From positions 1 through 57,072 of the IMG/VR virus record IMGVR_UViG_3300049485_000050: DNA of 57,072 bases. The stretch is one strand, 5' to 3'. Positions 46,506 through 56,178 of the stretch are shown piece by piece; position 1 is the first letter of the stretch, and the number at the start of each line of letters is the position of its first letter. The notes under the pieces were generated by a model. That model was not told the origin of the DNA and did not search any database. It saw only the letters and a program-made list of their open reading frames with translations. The position numbers and the translations under genes were made by a program. The stretch comes from a virus (Duplodnaviria > Caudoviricetes).

Positions 46506-49500
46506 TGACTGACCCCGTAAGTAAGGGACAGATTTGCAAAGGCTGTCCACGCTACGAAAATCGCCGTTGCGGTAGTGGTGATAAAAGCGGACATGTTCAA
46601 GTCCTATTTATCGCGGAACAGCCTGACGACATATCGGCAAGCACCGGGACGGCGGGTACTCCTTTTCGTGGACACGGCGGAAAAGTTGTACGCTCGGCGT
46701 TAGACTTTTTAACGCGCAAGCATACTAAATACGCGCCTATTACTTGTGCATTTACATATGCGGTGCAATGTGTATCTCTAGACGACAGCGCGCCCAATAA
46801 AGAAGTACTGCACCACTGCCAACCTAACGTGCAGAGCGTGATCAAGCAGTTCGAGCCCAAAGTAATCGTAGCAATGGGTGCGACGGCTTTACGCCAGCTG
46901 GGTGTTAAACATCAATACAGCGATTCGCGCAATAAGTTCATCAAGCATTACAGCTATGAAGCACCTATTTACGTGTCTTTCAGCGAAAAAGCGCTGTTAG
47001 CAGCACCGGGGATTTTTGAGACATTCAAACTCAATCTGACCAATATATTCGATCGCGTGCTCAATGCCAATGTGCCGCAGCTTAGCCTCGAAGAACTGGC
47101 TACGCAGTACTGCGTACCAAAGACTATGGACGAGGCACTAGCTGCTTGTGATATGATTTTAGATTATTGCAGCGGTAACTTGAGCGCGGAAGATTCGCAC
47201 ATATCAGTGGATACCGAGACTAATACACTGTATGCCGAAAAGGCCACCTCGAAGATTATTGCATTCTGTTTCGGCTACGATGACGGTAAAGCAGCTACCT
47301 TGCTCTACGACCATCCGAATGCCGGTGCGGAGTATTTACGCCGGTTGCCTGAGCTTACTGTTAAAATCAAAGAGCTATTGGCTTGTCGCAAACCCAAGAT
47401 ATTTCATAACGCTAAATTCGATTTGAAATTCATTGAGCTGCGTTACGGCATACCCGTAAACGAAGTATTTTGGGATACGCTTCTTGGAGAACATTTGCTC
47501 GATGAGGACAAGAAAGGCAATTACGGCCTGAAGGTCCTCACTGCGAATCATATACCGCAATATTGTGGGTACGAAGATAGATTGTACGACTTGCTCGAAG
47601 AGAACGAAGTCGTATCTAAAGCCGACGAAGCTGGCAAAGAGCTAGAAGACCTACGCAAGATTATTGCGACGGAGCATCCTGGCTTTATCAAAGAGCTCGA
47701 AGAATACAAAGAGGCTCTCGTCGTTTACGAGACCGATAAAGTTAAATATGACGCGGCTATGCGGGAACATACCCTAGCCGTTGAAAATTATCACTTCTGC
47801 AAAGACTATCTAGCGGGCCTCCAAGCAGCTTGGTCTGTCGATATAGCCAGCTGGCAGAAGGGTAAACGCGGACGGCCCAAAAAGCCTGTCAAGTGGTTTA
47901 CCAAGCCAGAAAAACCTGAGACGCTGAAAGAGCCGAAGCATCCTAAAGACCCACGCACCAAAAAAGAGCAGCAGATTAGCAAGGACGCGGGCTTTGAGAA
48001 TATTCCCGTACACGACTTGCAGGTCTACGGTGCCGTTGACGGTGACGTAACGCGCCAACTTGCAAATATACAACTTAGGCGCATTTTCGTTGAACGGTCT
48101 AAAGTACGCCCCCTAATGCGTACGCACGCTATTCCGGCATCTCGTGTATTGGGTCGCATGGAATACGAAGGTATGCGTGTTGATCAAGCGTATATCGGCG
48201 TGCTCGAAGAAGCGCTCTCAACGGTCGTTCGCGATACCGAGCAAGAACTTTATCAAATGGTGGCTGCTACAAAGCCGCCGGGGCTCAAGTCGTTTAGCCT
48301 CAATGGCGCGCAGACGTTGGGCAATGTCTTGTACAACTGGGGCTGGGTACACCCCAATGGTAATAGACAAGACGCCTACGAGATACGCGCTGTCACTAAG
48401 ACAAACCAGCCGAGTACTTCTGAGAAAGTGCTGCGCCAGTTTGTCAGCTACGAAGACGACAAGAAAACAATACCTACAGAGTCCGCGTACTTTATCGAGC
48501 GGCTATTGCGCTATCGCAAGGCAAGCAAGGCTCGCAATACATTTTTAGCGAATGTCCGTGCACTATCTAAGCGCGACGGGTTTTTACATACGCAATTTCA
48601 TCTGAACGGTACGGGGACGGGCCGTTTGTCGTGCGTCGCCGCGGATACACAAATACCTACGTCCGTAGGTATTTTTCGTATTGCAGATCTAAGCAAACTA
48701 GATCTAACCAATATAGAAGTTTTAACCCATAAAAACCGATGGCGTCGTGTCCTTAAGGTATTTCCTAAAGGACCGGAGCACATGTATCGCGTTACAGCAA
48801 CTAATGGTAAAACAATAGATTGTACAATGAAACATAAGTTTCTAACGCCACATAGTTGGAAACCGCTACGTGATCTTACTATAGGATCTGAACTTGATAC
48901 CGAACGATTTGACCGAAGCTACTTTGTTGAAAGCCCTCACGACAAAGGGAGTACCCCAAGCGGATGCATTGAAGACCGTAGGTCTCAGCCATACGACTTT
49001 TTATCGAATGAAGGAATTCAGAGAGAAATACAAGTTAGAGTTGCGCGAGGCGTCACGGCACCGTTATGCCGAGTCAAAATTTGGAAATCGGTATGGGTCC
49101 AAGGATCAACCGAGCCAGTTAATTGCAAAGGAAGACTTGTTAGAAGCGCTTCAACTACAATTAACGATACCTGCAATAGCCAAGAAATTTTCTTGCAGCG
49201 AATTCTTAGTTCGTCGAAATATAGAATTTCACAAATTGACGCATATAGCGGCCACGGGCAGGCTTCCGTACATGCTCCGGGATTACAACCTGCATTTGTT
49301 GGCTCGAATGGAGACTTTTCAAGAGGGTCTAATCACAGCAGCGGAGAATATAGGGAACGACCCGCACCTATTCTTCGAGCTTCTACATACCGCCAACTTG
49401 CGGTTAATCGAAACGCTCTGGTTTGTGAAACGGATCGGTCGTCGGAGCGAGTACTATACAGGCAACAGCAACGGATGGTGCTGGAGCAGCAACCGCTACG

Positions 49501-50839
49501 AAGCTTGTCTCACGATTGCTTTAAAGGACGCGGGCATACCGTACCATCGTCAGTTTCCTTTACAGGAGGGTCCGGGCACTTATCTTGTGGATTTTCTGAT
49601 AGACGGATGCCTGTTTGTCGAGATCGACGGGAAACACCACACTTGGGATGCAGAAACGATTCGACGCGACAAGGAAAAAGTAGCTTTGATTGCGCAACGC
49701 GGTATTCCTTTGCTGCGATTCAAGGAAACCGAGGTATGGCGGAATACTGCCGACGTGATGAAAACTATCAAGGCAGAGCTTGTGCGTTTGAAGTCTCTAA
49801 AATCACAAGTATCGAATATCTCGGTATCCAAGAAGTCTGGGATCTCAGTGTCGAAGAAGACGAAAGCTATATCGCGCAAGGATTTGTAAATCACAACAGT
49901 TCTGACATGAATATGCAGAATGTTCCCAAGTACCTCGCGGGTTGGAACCTCAAGAAGCTGTTCATACCGGACTCCAACGAACACCTCATCGTAAACGTCG
50001 ACTACAAGGGCGCAGAGGTTCGCGTCTTTACAGCCTACGCACGCGACGAAGCACTGATCAAAGCCCTCAATGAAGGCCTAGACATGCACAGCTTTTTCGC
50101 TGCGCAGGTATTCAAGCGCCCTTACGAGATGTACGCACGCCGTGATGACGTGACGTTTATACCCGACAAAAATCTACGTCGCCTGTTGGACGTAGAACGC
50201 TCCAATATCAAACGTGTCGTATTCGGAATTCTCTACGGTGCAGGCCCAGAGAAAATCTCGGAGACAATCGGAGTCAGCGTAGAGGAAGCTAAGGCGCTTA
50301 TCGGGTTGCTCTATCAGATGTTTCCTGAAATTCAGAAATACGCTGAAATCGTCGAGATGGAGGTTTCGAAGAACCATTTCGTAGATACCCACTTCGGACG
50401 CCGTAGACGGTTCCCGCTTGCTGCTATCGCGCGACATGCCGGACGTGCTAAGCGCCAGGGTCGTAATTTCAAAATACAGTCCACAAGCTCTGATATCGTA
50501 CTCGGACAACTCATCGAAATGGACGCGCCTTTGCGTTCTGAATTCGGTGGGCGCATGTTGTTGACCGTGCATGATTCGCTGGTATTCCAATTCCCTAAGA
50601 AGTACATTCACCAACTAAGACCGTTTGTTAAAGAGTACGCTGAGGCACGCGTGACCAAGAAATATCCATGGTTACCTGTACCTTTCGCGGCCGACGTAGA
50701 AATCGGTGACAATTACGGTGAATGTCAGTCCATTGAGAAATACCTAGCACAGCACCCTATTATCCTTCAGGAAGAAGGGATTGTAGAAGAACATGAGCTC
50801 CTCACAGAACTCCGACTCGACGCATTTGAAGCAGCTTGA
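46502..50839 (+). CDS. polA: Family A DNA polymerase with N-terminal UDG-like domain, 3'-5' exonuclease and an intein
   Basis: ExoI VDTET, ExoII FHNAKFD, ExoIII YGAVD; TGRLS|SSDMNMQN; motif A VDYKGAEVR, motif B RSNIKRVVFGILYG, motif C LTVHDS. Confidence 0.95.
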   Translation: MMTDPVSKGQICKGCPRYENRRCGSGDKSGHVQVLFIAEQPDDISASTGTAGTPFRGHGGKVVRSALDFLTRKHTKYAPITCAFTYAVQCVSLDDSAPNKEVLHHCQPNVQSVIKQFEPKVIVAMGATALRQLGVKHQYSDSRNKFIKHYSYEAPIYVSFSEKALLAAPGIFETFKLNLTNIFDRVLNANVPQLSLEELATQYCVPKTMDEALAACDMILDYCSGNLSAEDSHISVDTETNTLYAEKATSKIIAFCFGYDDGKAATLLYDHPNAGAEYLRRLPELTVKIKELLACRKPKIFHNAKFDLKFIELRYGIPVNEVFWDTLLGEHLLDEDKKGNYGLKVLTANHIPQYCGYEDRLYDLLEENEVVSKADEAGKELEDLRKIIATEHPGFIKELEEYKEALVVYETDKVKYDAAMREHTLAVENYHFCKDYLAGLQAAWSVDIASWQKGKRGRPKKPVKWFTKPEKPETLKEPKHPKDPRTKKEQQISKDAGFENIPVHDLQVYGAVDGDVTRQLANIQLRRIFVERSKVRPLMRTHAIPASRVLGRMEYEGMRVDQAYIGVLEEALSTVVRDTEQELYQMVAATKPPGLKSFSLNGAQTLGNVLYNWGWVHPNGNRQDAYEIRAVTKTNQPSTSEKVLRQFVSYEDDKKTIPTESAYFIERLLRYRKASKARNTFLANVRALSKRDGFLHTQFHLNGTGTGRLSCVAADTQIPTSVGIFRIADLSKLDLTNIEVLTHKNRWRRVLKVFPKGPEHMYRVTATNGKTIDCTMKHKFLTPHSWKPLRDLTIGSELDTERFDRSYFVESPHDKGSTPSGCIEDRRSQPYDFLSNEGIQREIQVRVARGVTAPLCRVKIWKSVWVQGSTEPVNCKGRLVRSASTTINDTCNSQEIFLQRILSSSKYRISQIDAYSGHGQASVHAPGLQPAFVGSNGDFSRGSNHSSGEYRERPAPILRASTYRQLAVNRNALVCETDRSSERVLYRQQQRMVLEQQPLRSLSHDCFKGRGHTVPSSVSFTGGSGHLSCGFSDRRMPVCRDRRETPHLGCRNDSTRQGKSSFDCATRYSFAAIQGNRGMAEYCRRDENYQGRACAFEVSKITSIEYLGIQEVWDLSVEEDESYIAQGFVNHNSSDMNMQNVPKYLAGWNLKKLFIPDSNEHLIVNVDYKGAEVRVFTAYARDEALIKALNEGLDMHSFFAAQVFKRPYEMYARRDDVTFIPDKNLRRLLDVERSNIKRVVFGILYGAGPEKISETIGVSVEEAKALIGLLYQMFPEIQKYAEIVEMEVSKNHFVDTHFGRRRRFPLAAIARHAGRAKRQGRNFKIQSTSSDIVLGQLIEMDAPLRSEFGGRMLLTVHDSLVFQFPKKYIHQLRPFVKEYAEARVTKKYPWLPVPFAADVEIGDNYGECQSIEKYLAQHPIILQEEGIVEEHELLTELRLDAFEAA
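48632..49897 (+). mobile_element. Intein (422 aa) in the DNA polymerase
   Basis: Begins CVAADT after GRLS; block B CTMKHKFLT; ends VWDLSV...YIAQGFVNHN followed by Ser. Removal restores the conserved GRLSSSDxNxQN motif. Confidence 0.95.
48894..49889 (+). CDS. HTH + Vsr/DUF559-like endonuclease nested in the +1 frame of the intein
   Basis: SNRYE...L...GIPYHRQF...YLVDF...FVEIDGKHH...RDKEK...RGIPLLRF.E.EV; two HTH-like segments; AGGA 7 nt before the TTG start. Confidence 0.85.
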   Translation: MIPNDLTEATLLKALTTKGVPQADALKTVGLSHTTFYRMKEFREKYKLELREASRHRYAESKFGNRYGSKDQPSQLIAKEDLLEALQLQLTIPAIAKKFSCSEFLVRRNIEFHKLTHIAATGRLPYMLRDYNLHLLARMETFQEGLITAAENIGNDPHLFFELLHTANLRLIETLWFVKRIGRRSEYYTGNSNGWCWSSNRYEACLTIALKDAGIPYHRQFPLQEGPGTYLVDFLIDGCLFVEIDGKHHTWDAETIRRDKEKVALIAQRGIPLLRFKETEVWRNTADVMKTIKAELVRLKSLKSQVSNISVSKKSGISVSKKTKAISRKDL

Positions 50840-50864
50840 TACGAAGACGTTCGATAAGTACGGA

Positions 50865-51356
50865 ATGACGTTTATGTACCACGTGTCGACAACACATATC
50901 GACGAGTGGACTCCGCAGCTTATTACGTATACTGAAGGTGAACCAGCACGGCAAGAGTGGACGCGTACGGGCGGGACAATTAAAGTCAGTGAAGTAACCG
51001 ACGTAGTGCTAAAGGACGAGGGGTACTGTAAAATAGCGCGCCCTATTTACTTGTACTCGACAGCGGATGGGCCTTTGCTAGCCATCGCGCTAAAAAATAG
51101 CCAGGAATCAGTTGAGCTGCTAGATCCCTGCATTATTGTCTATGATGGCAAGAGCCAGTTAAACCTGTTGCCTGTTTTTGGAGTAAATCGCGTATTAACT
51201 GTATCACGTACAGCTATACGCGCTTGGCAAGCTCCAAACGAATTGCTAATCGCTGCGTACCCTAAATTTCTAATCCAGAATCGCATGTACAAATATCAAT
51301 TGCGCCCTCTCGTACCTTTCGTTACTACCCCAGAATTGACCAACGACGGGTCGTAA
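50865..51356 (+). CDS. Hypothetical protein
   Basis: ORF after polA; start uncertain (50793, 50865 or 50874). Confidence 0.6.
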   Translation: MTFMYHVSTTHIDEWTPQLITYTEGEPARQEWTRTGGTIKVSEVTDVVLKDEGYCKIARPIYLYSTADGPLLAIALKNSQESVELLDPCIIVYDGKSQLNLLPVFGVNRVLTVSRTAIRAWQAPNELLIAAYPKFLIQNRMYKYQLRPLVPFVTTPELTNDGS

Positions 51357-51536
51357 ACCAAGCACATTTCTGGTACAAGTAGATAGAGCAGCAACTCTAG
51401 ATTATCCACTGTTTCCTCCTAGTTACAGGTACGCGTTACAATATTGCGTGGCGTCGCGGGTTCTTAACCTGTTCCCCCCCACACGCGCAGTAGGTGTAGC
51501 CCGTCACCGAATAATCTATTGAGTTGCTGCTCGTTC

Positions 51537-53204
51537 CTAACTCCCGTTGTACGTAAACATCGGGTCCATCGACATAAACTTAGCGGCCATCCAGCCAAAT
51601 ATTTGCCCATGGAGACAGTCGTCGGGTTGTGACGGCGCATGCCGCCACACCTTGCGACCCTGCAGGGTGACTTCTTCATATACATTTAGCAGGTCTTTAA
51701 TCGGAATCTGCATACTGCGTAGGTTTGGGAAGATAACGCCGCGCCGTTTCAAATACATAAAATAGTGATCGATCATAGTCGTACGTTCGGCCATAAAGCG
51801 ATCGGTTCTATTCCAATAAAAGGGACGTGAATTACCGCCACCGCCACCGCTTGCAGTCCCGCGATACTGCACCTGCATAGCGCGATGAGGCCCGAGGCGT
51901 TCACGTAAGTTAGAGTTAGCGAGCGCACCCTCGCCGGCATCCCCTATGATCAGCGATACGTTGAATCTATTGCATATATCTACAATATGATCTATTACGC
52001 CTCCAGATATAGGATTCGTCTCTGGGTATATTTTGAAGTAAAGCGTACGCAGTTTGAAATTATGCTCAGTATTTCCGCTGGTAACGCCCCATACCCATAA
52101 TACTGTGCGTGACGTAGCGTTTTGTCCTCCCCCGGACCAGTCCACACCCGCTACGACGCTGCGAACGTCTGACATTAGCAAGTTGTGTGTAGGGTACTCT
52201 TGGACTTCGTACTCTTCACACATGCTCTCTAATTCTTCTTTAGATAGAAGACGCGTACCAATAGCGTCGGATGTTCCCATTACTTCGTTTTTAAATTTCG
52301 ATGGTGGGTATACAGTATGCTTGTCAAGGATACGTTTCCAGCGACTATACGCTACGTCCTGATTCCTTTGATCTGTAGGCATAGAAAGGGGTACGTTTTT
52401 AGGTAGAATTACCTGGGGTACGTGGAAGCCCTTGATGCGCTTACCTTCAAACCCTTTAGGGTAGACATGCATATCCACCCATTCTCCGTTACGGACATTA
52501 AGATACTTACCGCATTTCAAACATATAGGCCCTAGTTTGCCCAGACACTTTTCATCAACAAAAAATTGATGCGTGTTACAAGCAGGGCATTTAACAACCC
52601 ACTCGGTCTGTGTGCTCCACTGCCACAGTTGCTCAATGGTATTTTCCATTGATTTTGGAGTACCGCAATACGTCTCATACGCATAATCCGAATTAGCCAT
52701 ACATTCATTAATAACAGGTATTACCTCGTCATATAGAATATCCTGCACCTCGTCGTAAGCTACACGGTCTGCAGATACACCACGTGCACGGTCAGGGTCA
52801 TCACTCGCATACGAAAAAGCTAACTCTGAACCGTTGGTAAACATTTTCTGATATACTCGGCTAGATAATTCCTTGGAAACCCACCGTTGTCTAATATCAG
52901 GAGAGTAAAATATAGTCTTTCCGACACGTGTTTGTGAAAATTTAGTCGTTTGCTCCTGACTAGGGGCTATGAAAAAACTCTTCCAGTGGGGCGTACTACA
53001 TGCCTCCATGATCAGGAAGTTTGCGAGTGTAGTACTTTTTGCAACCTGTCGCGCGGTCTTCAATAGCATTGCTGGATATATGTTATTGTAGACGTGTCGA
53101 TAGAACGGGAAATGCTCAAGCGAGAACGGTTTTCCGTCGAGATGTAAGAGAGTAGTTACCCACTCTGACCGCCGTATTGATAAATCTGAAGCGTCCGTCA
53201 TCAT
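51537..53204 (-). CDS. terL: Terminase large subunit
   Basis: ARQVAKST (Walker A), RGVSADRVAYDEVQD (Walker B), GTPK, RNase H-like GVDWSGG, GDAG and PDDCLH. Confidence 0.9.
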   Translation of the reverse strand: MMTDASDLSIRRSEWVTTLLHLDGKPFSLEHFPFYRHVYNNIYPAMLLKTARQVAKSTTLANFLIMEACSTPHWKSFFIAPSQEQTTKFSQTRVGKTIFYSPDIRQRWVSKELSSRVYQKMFTNGSELAFSYASDDPDRARGVSADRVAYDEVQDILYDEVIPVINECMANSDYAYETYCGTPKSMENTIEQLWQWSTQTEWVVKCPACNTHQFFVDEKCLGKLGPICLKCGKYLNVRNGEWVDMHVYPKGFEGKRIKGFHVPQVILPKNVPLSMPTDQRNQDVAYSRWKRILDKHTVYPPSKFKNEVMGTSDAIGTRLLSKEELESMCEEYEVQEYPTHNLLMSDVRSVVAGVDWSGGGQNATSRTVLWVWGVTSGNTEHNFKLRTLYFKIYPETNPISGGVIDHIVDICNRFNVSLIIGDAGEGALANSNLRERLGPHRAMQVQYRGTASGGGGGNSRPFYWNRTDRFMAERTTMIDHYFMYLKRRGVIFPNLRSMQIPIKDLLNVYEEVTLQGRKVWRHAPSQPDDCLHGQIFGWMAAKFMSMDPMFTYNGS

Positions 53205-53231
53205 TGACTGTTGAACCTACGGTAGGAATTT

Positions 53232-54512
53232 ATGGCTGATAAGAAAGATATCACGCAACCTTGGGAAAAGCTCGGTATTGGACCCACAGGCATGGGGCAG
53301 ATACCAAAACTGCTCAACATTGTGTGGGCTATGCAAAAGAAGCTCACCGTATGCTTGGTTGGTGAAACAGGAATCGGTAAGACTCCGATAGTACACCAGT
53401 GGTGTAAAGAGAAGGGCGGGTTTATGTATCCGCTCAACTTTGGACATATGTCGCAAGAAGAAGTGTCCATGATCATGTTCACTGAAAAGGGCGATACATT
53501 CGACTTTGTACCCCCGCAGTGGATGCATGACCTCAATACCCAGGCGGAGCAAAAAGGCTGCGCTGTGCTGTTTCTTGACGAGTGGAATCGCGGCGATAAA
53601 GCCATGGTCAACGCGTTATTTACGCTCACAGATGAACGCCGGGTGCACAACTTTCAGTTGCACCCCAATGTCTTGGTAGTTGCTGCGATGAATCCCAGTG
53701 ATGGCAGCTACCTGGTAAATGAAGCTGAAAAAGACCACGCTATCCGAAAGCGCCTTAATTTCGTGTACTGTGTACATGACCTGCAGGCTTTCTTGGAGCA
53801 CACGAAAGTGGCGGGCTGGCATCCGCTTGTTCCGTCGTTTATCAAGGCTGCGAGCACGTACCTCTACGACGTAGGCGCGCGTGATGCAGGCAAAGCTTTT
53901 GCGTGCCCTTCGAACTGGGAGAAGGTATCGGGCATTATGAAAGCTGCCAAAAAGTCTGGCGTTGATTACGCCGATGGTGCGGTTTGCAGACTTGTTGAAG
54001 GCCAGATTGGTTTGCACGCAGCTGAGAAATTTATGGAATTCGTGCAGGACCAAAATACGCTGATTCAGCCGTCGGAAGTACTGAACGAGTACACGTACGG
54101 CTCTGCGGTGCGTGCCCGTGTTGCCGCTATTCTCAATTGCGCCATCGACAAGGACACCAAGAAGTTTGTCGAGAAAGAGAACAAGCAGAAGACGCGTGCC
54201 AGTGTTATCAGCGACGTAAGCAAGGGTGTGGCAATCGAGCTATTCAGTCTAACGCCAGAGCCTGCAGTTGTGGCTCCGCGGCTCGCGCTGTTTATGCATG
54301 ATTTACCGAACGAGCTGTTGCAAACGCTTACAACGAGTCTCGGGGAACAGTGCAAAGCCAAGGGCACAGAGGGTGACAAATACCTTGGTCGTCTGTCCCA
54401 GAGTCTTGCAAAGATCCCAGAATACAAAGGTAAAATGAAATTCATTATGGACACGATGCGCGAATATCGCGTTCGTGCAAACATGGTGATAGATGTAGAC
54501 CCTATGGCGTGA
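53232..54512 (+). CDS. AAA+ ATPase (MoxR/dynein-related)
   Basis: GETGIGKT, LFLDEWNR, VAAMNP, DHAIRKR. Confidence 0.88.
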   Translation: MADKKDITQPWEKLGIGPTGMGQIPKLLNIVWAMQKKLTVCLVGETGIGKTPIVHQWCKEKGGFMYPLNFGHMSQEEVSMIMFTEKGDTFDFVPPQWMHDLNTQAEQKGCAVLFLDEWNRGDKAMVNALFTLTDERRVHNFQLHPNVLVVAAMNPSDGSYLVNEAEKDHAIRKRLNFVYCVHDLQAFLEHTKVAGWHPLVPSFIKAASTYLYDVGARDAGKAFACPSNWEKVSGIMKAAKKSGVDYADGAVCRLVEGQIGLHAAEKFMEFVQDQNTLIQPSEVLNEYTYGSAVRARVAAILNCAIDKDTKKFVEKENKQKTRASVISDVSKGVAIELFSLTPEPAVVAPRLALFMHDLPNELLQTLTTSLGEQCKAKGTEGDKYLGRLSQSLAKIPEYKGKMKFIMDTMREYRVRANMVIDVDPMA

Positions 54513-55193
54513 TCAGCAGTTCTTGAAAGGCGCGATTTGTCGTTCGCGCATTTGAAGACGTTTGTCAAAATAAATTTGAACGGCAGCTAGGCGTGCAAGC
54601 TGAACACCTTCAGTAGTTTCCGGGTAGGGCGCATCTAGCAGGGCTTTTCCTCTAGGTGCGTCCGCCCAAGCTTTATGCATGGTAGCTGCTAATTCTTTAG
54701 CTCCCTTCGGAAGGAGCTTCGATAGCTCTACCGAAGCCATGTCGAGCGTTAGCGGTGCGATAGCAAAGCCTTCGCGGTATAACTGCACGGCCGTATAACT
54801 TATCGGTTCACGGTCGAATTCCAATGTCTCTTTTTCATACTCTTGATGTATGAGATTAGCCTCGAATACCGCCCAGTTGATATATACTACGGGCGCGTCT
54901 TCAATACCCATGTACGTAGGTTCTTCGTTGTTGAAAGCAATGCAAGTTGCTTCGAAGGCGTTCGCGTCGTACCAGAAACGCCCTGTGGTGAGTAGAGAAC
55001 GAGCGGCCATGATCTGCGAGCGGTTGCCAATAGGCACGTCTACTTTTTGATGATTGAGCTCAATCCAGAGAGTCTGCGGTTCCCAGTTGAGCCAGTCGTT
55101 ATCAAAGAGACAAAACATGGCCTTCATGCACGCACTCGCGCACGTCTCATCGAGCCGCAAAGCTTCGCGCGCTAATTTGTCGTGCTCACCCAT
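54513..55193 (-). CDS. Hypothetical protein (late-gene strand)
   Basis: Start likely ATG 55193 (MGEHDKL), coupled to the upstream gene. Confidence 0.6.
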   Translation of the reverse strand: MGEHDKLAREALRLDETCASACMKAMFCLFDNDWLNWEPQTLWIELNHQKVDVPIGNRSQIMAARSLLTTGRFWYDANAFEATCIAFNNEEPTYMGIEDAPVVYINWAVFEANLIHQEYEKETLEFDREPISYTAVQLYREGFAIAPLTLDMASVELSKLLPKGAKELAATMHKAWADAPRGKALLDAPYPETTEGVQLARLAAVQIYFDKRLQMRERQIAPFKNC

Positions 55194-56178
55194 TGGTGAC
55201 GTAATCACGCAGTGAAGATTTCACATCAAGCGGCAGCGTCTCGAACACTTGCTTGAAGGACATAGGATCGCCGGACTGTGCTACCTGAGCCAGCTCGGGA
55301 GCATCTACTTGCTGCCAGACTTCCTCAGGCAGCTGCATAAGTGCTGAACAAGGCACTTGCACGCCTGCCACGTCGCACATATCTTCCGCTATTTTTTCCG
55401 TATTGAACACGGTCTGCAGCGGGTCGGGAATCTTACGGTCGTAAAACTTCGTAAGTCCTGCGGTCTTATCGAGCTCTGCAATAACGACTGCAAGCTTTAC
55501 CAAATCACGTCGGTTGGTAATCACGTTGGGCATTTTGTGCGTAGCGCTAGCTAGCTTTTCGAAAGCTACTTTGTGCGCAGGCTCGGTCGTCGCATCTGCA
55601 CGCGCTTCAAGCCAATCGCGGATCAGTGCAGGATTACTCACCGTAGCGCCTGCCATTTTTAACGAAAAGGGACGGAGCGTCACGTTATGCTTTTTAGCAG
55701 CTGCGTACAGTCGACTAAACGCGTCAGCCCGCTTTTCGAGCGTGATCAAATCGTAATCGCGGTGAAGTACTTCTTCAGCTACTTTGACCTGTGTAGCACT
55801 ATCTAAAGGTAGACGCTTGCTCTCAGGCAGCGCGTAGGTAGTTTCGACCGCACTCGCGCATTTCGTAGGCGAAAATACTGACTCGCCGATACTGTACACG
55901 GCGCGCGCTGTTTCCAGTTTAGCGTCCACATGCGTAGGTACAAAAGAACCGACCTTACTGCGGTAAAAGATACTAGCAATACAATCCTCACGTGTATGTA
56001 TTGGGAAGCGTCTTTCGTCTTCCCACGCGAATGCGGTGCTTGGCAGATTATCCGAGGCTACTTTCGCGGTATCAAATGACGCTGTTTTTAGCATTTCACG
56101 AGCAAGGGGGAAATCACGCGTAAGCACGTGCAGATGTGCGTAGACCGGATCACCATTGTACTGGTCGATAATTGTCAT
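55186..56178 (-). CDS. Probable virion head protein rich in K-x-A motifs
   Basis: Ten K-x-A motifs; internal repeat FAWEDERRFPI / YALPESKRLPL; TATAAT 6 nt upstream of the ATG. Confidence 0.6.
   Translation of the reverse strand: MTIIDQYNGDPVYAHLHVLTRDFPLAREMLKTASFDTAKVASDNLPSTAFAWEDERRFPIHTREDCIASIFYRSKVGSFVPTHVDAKLETARAVYSIGESVFSPTKCASAVETTYALPESKRLPLDSATQVKVAEEVLHRDYDLITLEKRADAFSRLYAAAKKHNVTLRPFSLKMAGATVSNPALIRDWLEARADATTEPAHKVAFEKLASATHKMPNVITNRRDLVKLAVVIAELDKTAGLTKFYDRKIPDPLQTVFNTEKIAEDMCDVAGVQVPCSALMQLPEEVWQQVDAPELAQVAQSGDPMSFKQVFETLPLDVKSSLRDYVTNG

Noticed and set aside
48894-49889. Reading the intein as a frameshifted pseudogene or simple sequencing error
   Set aside because: The polymerase frame is open throughout and both frames are intact over ~1 kb. 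Errors would not explain the stop-free shadow frame, although read mapping is still needed.
51357-51536. Possible third phage promoter (TGGTACAAGTAGATAGAG) or small RNA in the gap between convergent genes
   Set aside because: Only a partial match, with no upstream palindrome and no convincing downstream ORF or structure.
53201-54568. Several minus-strand ORFs of 110-170 aa, one abutting terL (possible small terminase)
   Set aside because: They lie antisense to the well-supported AAA ATPase and have no recognisable features.
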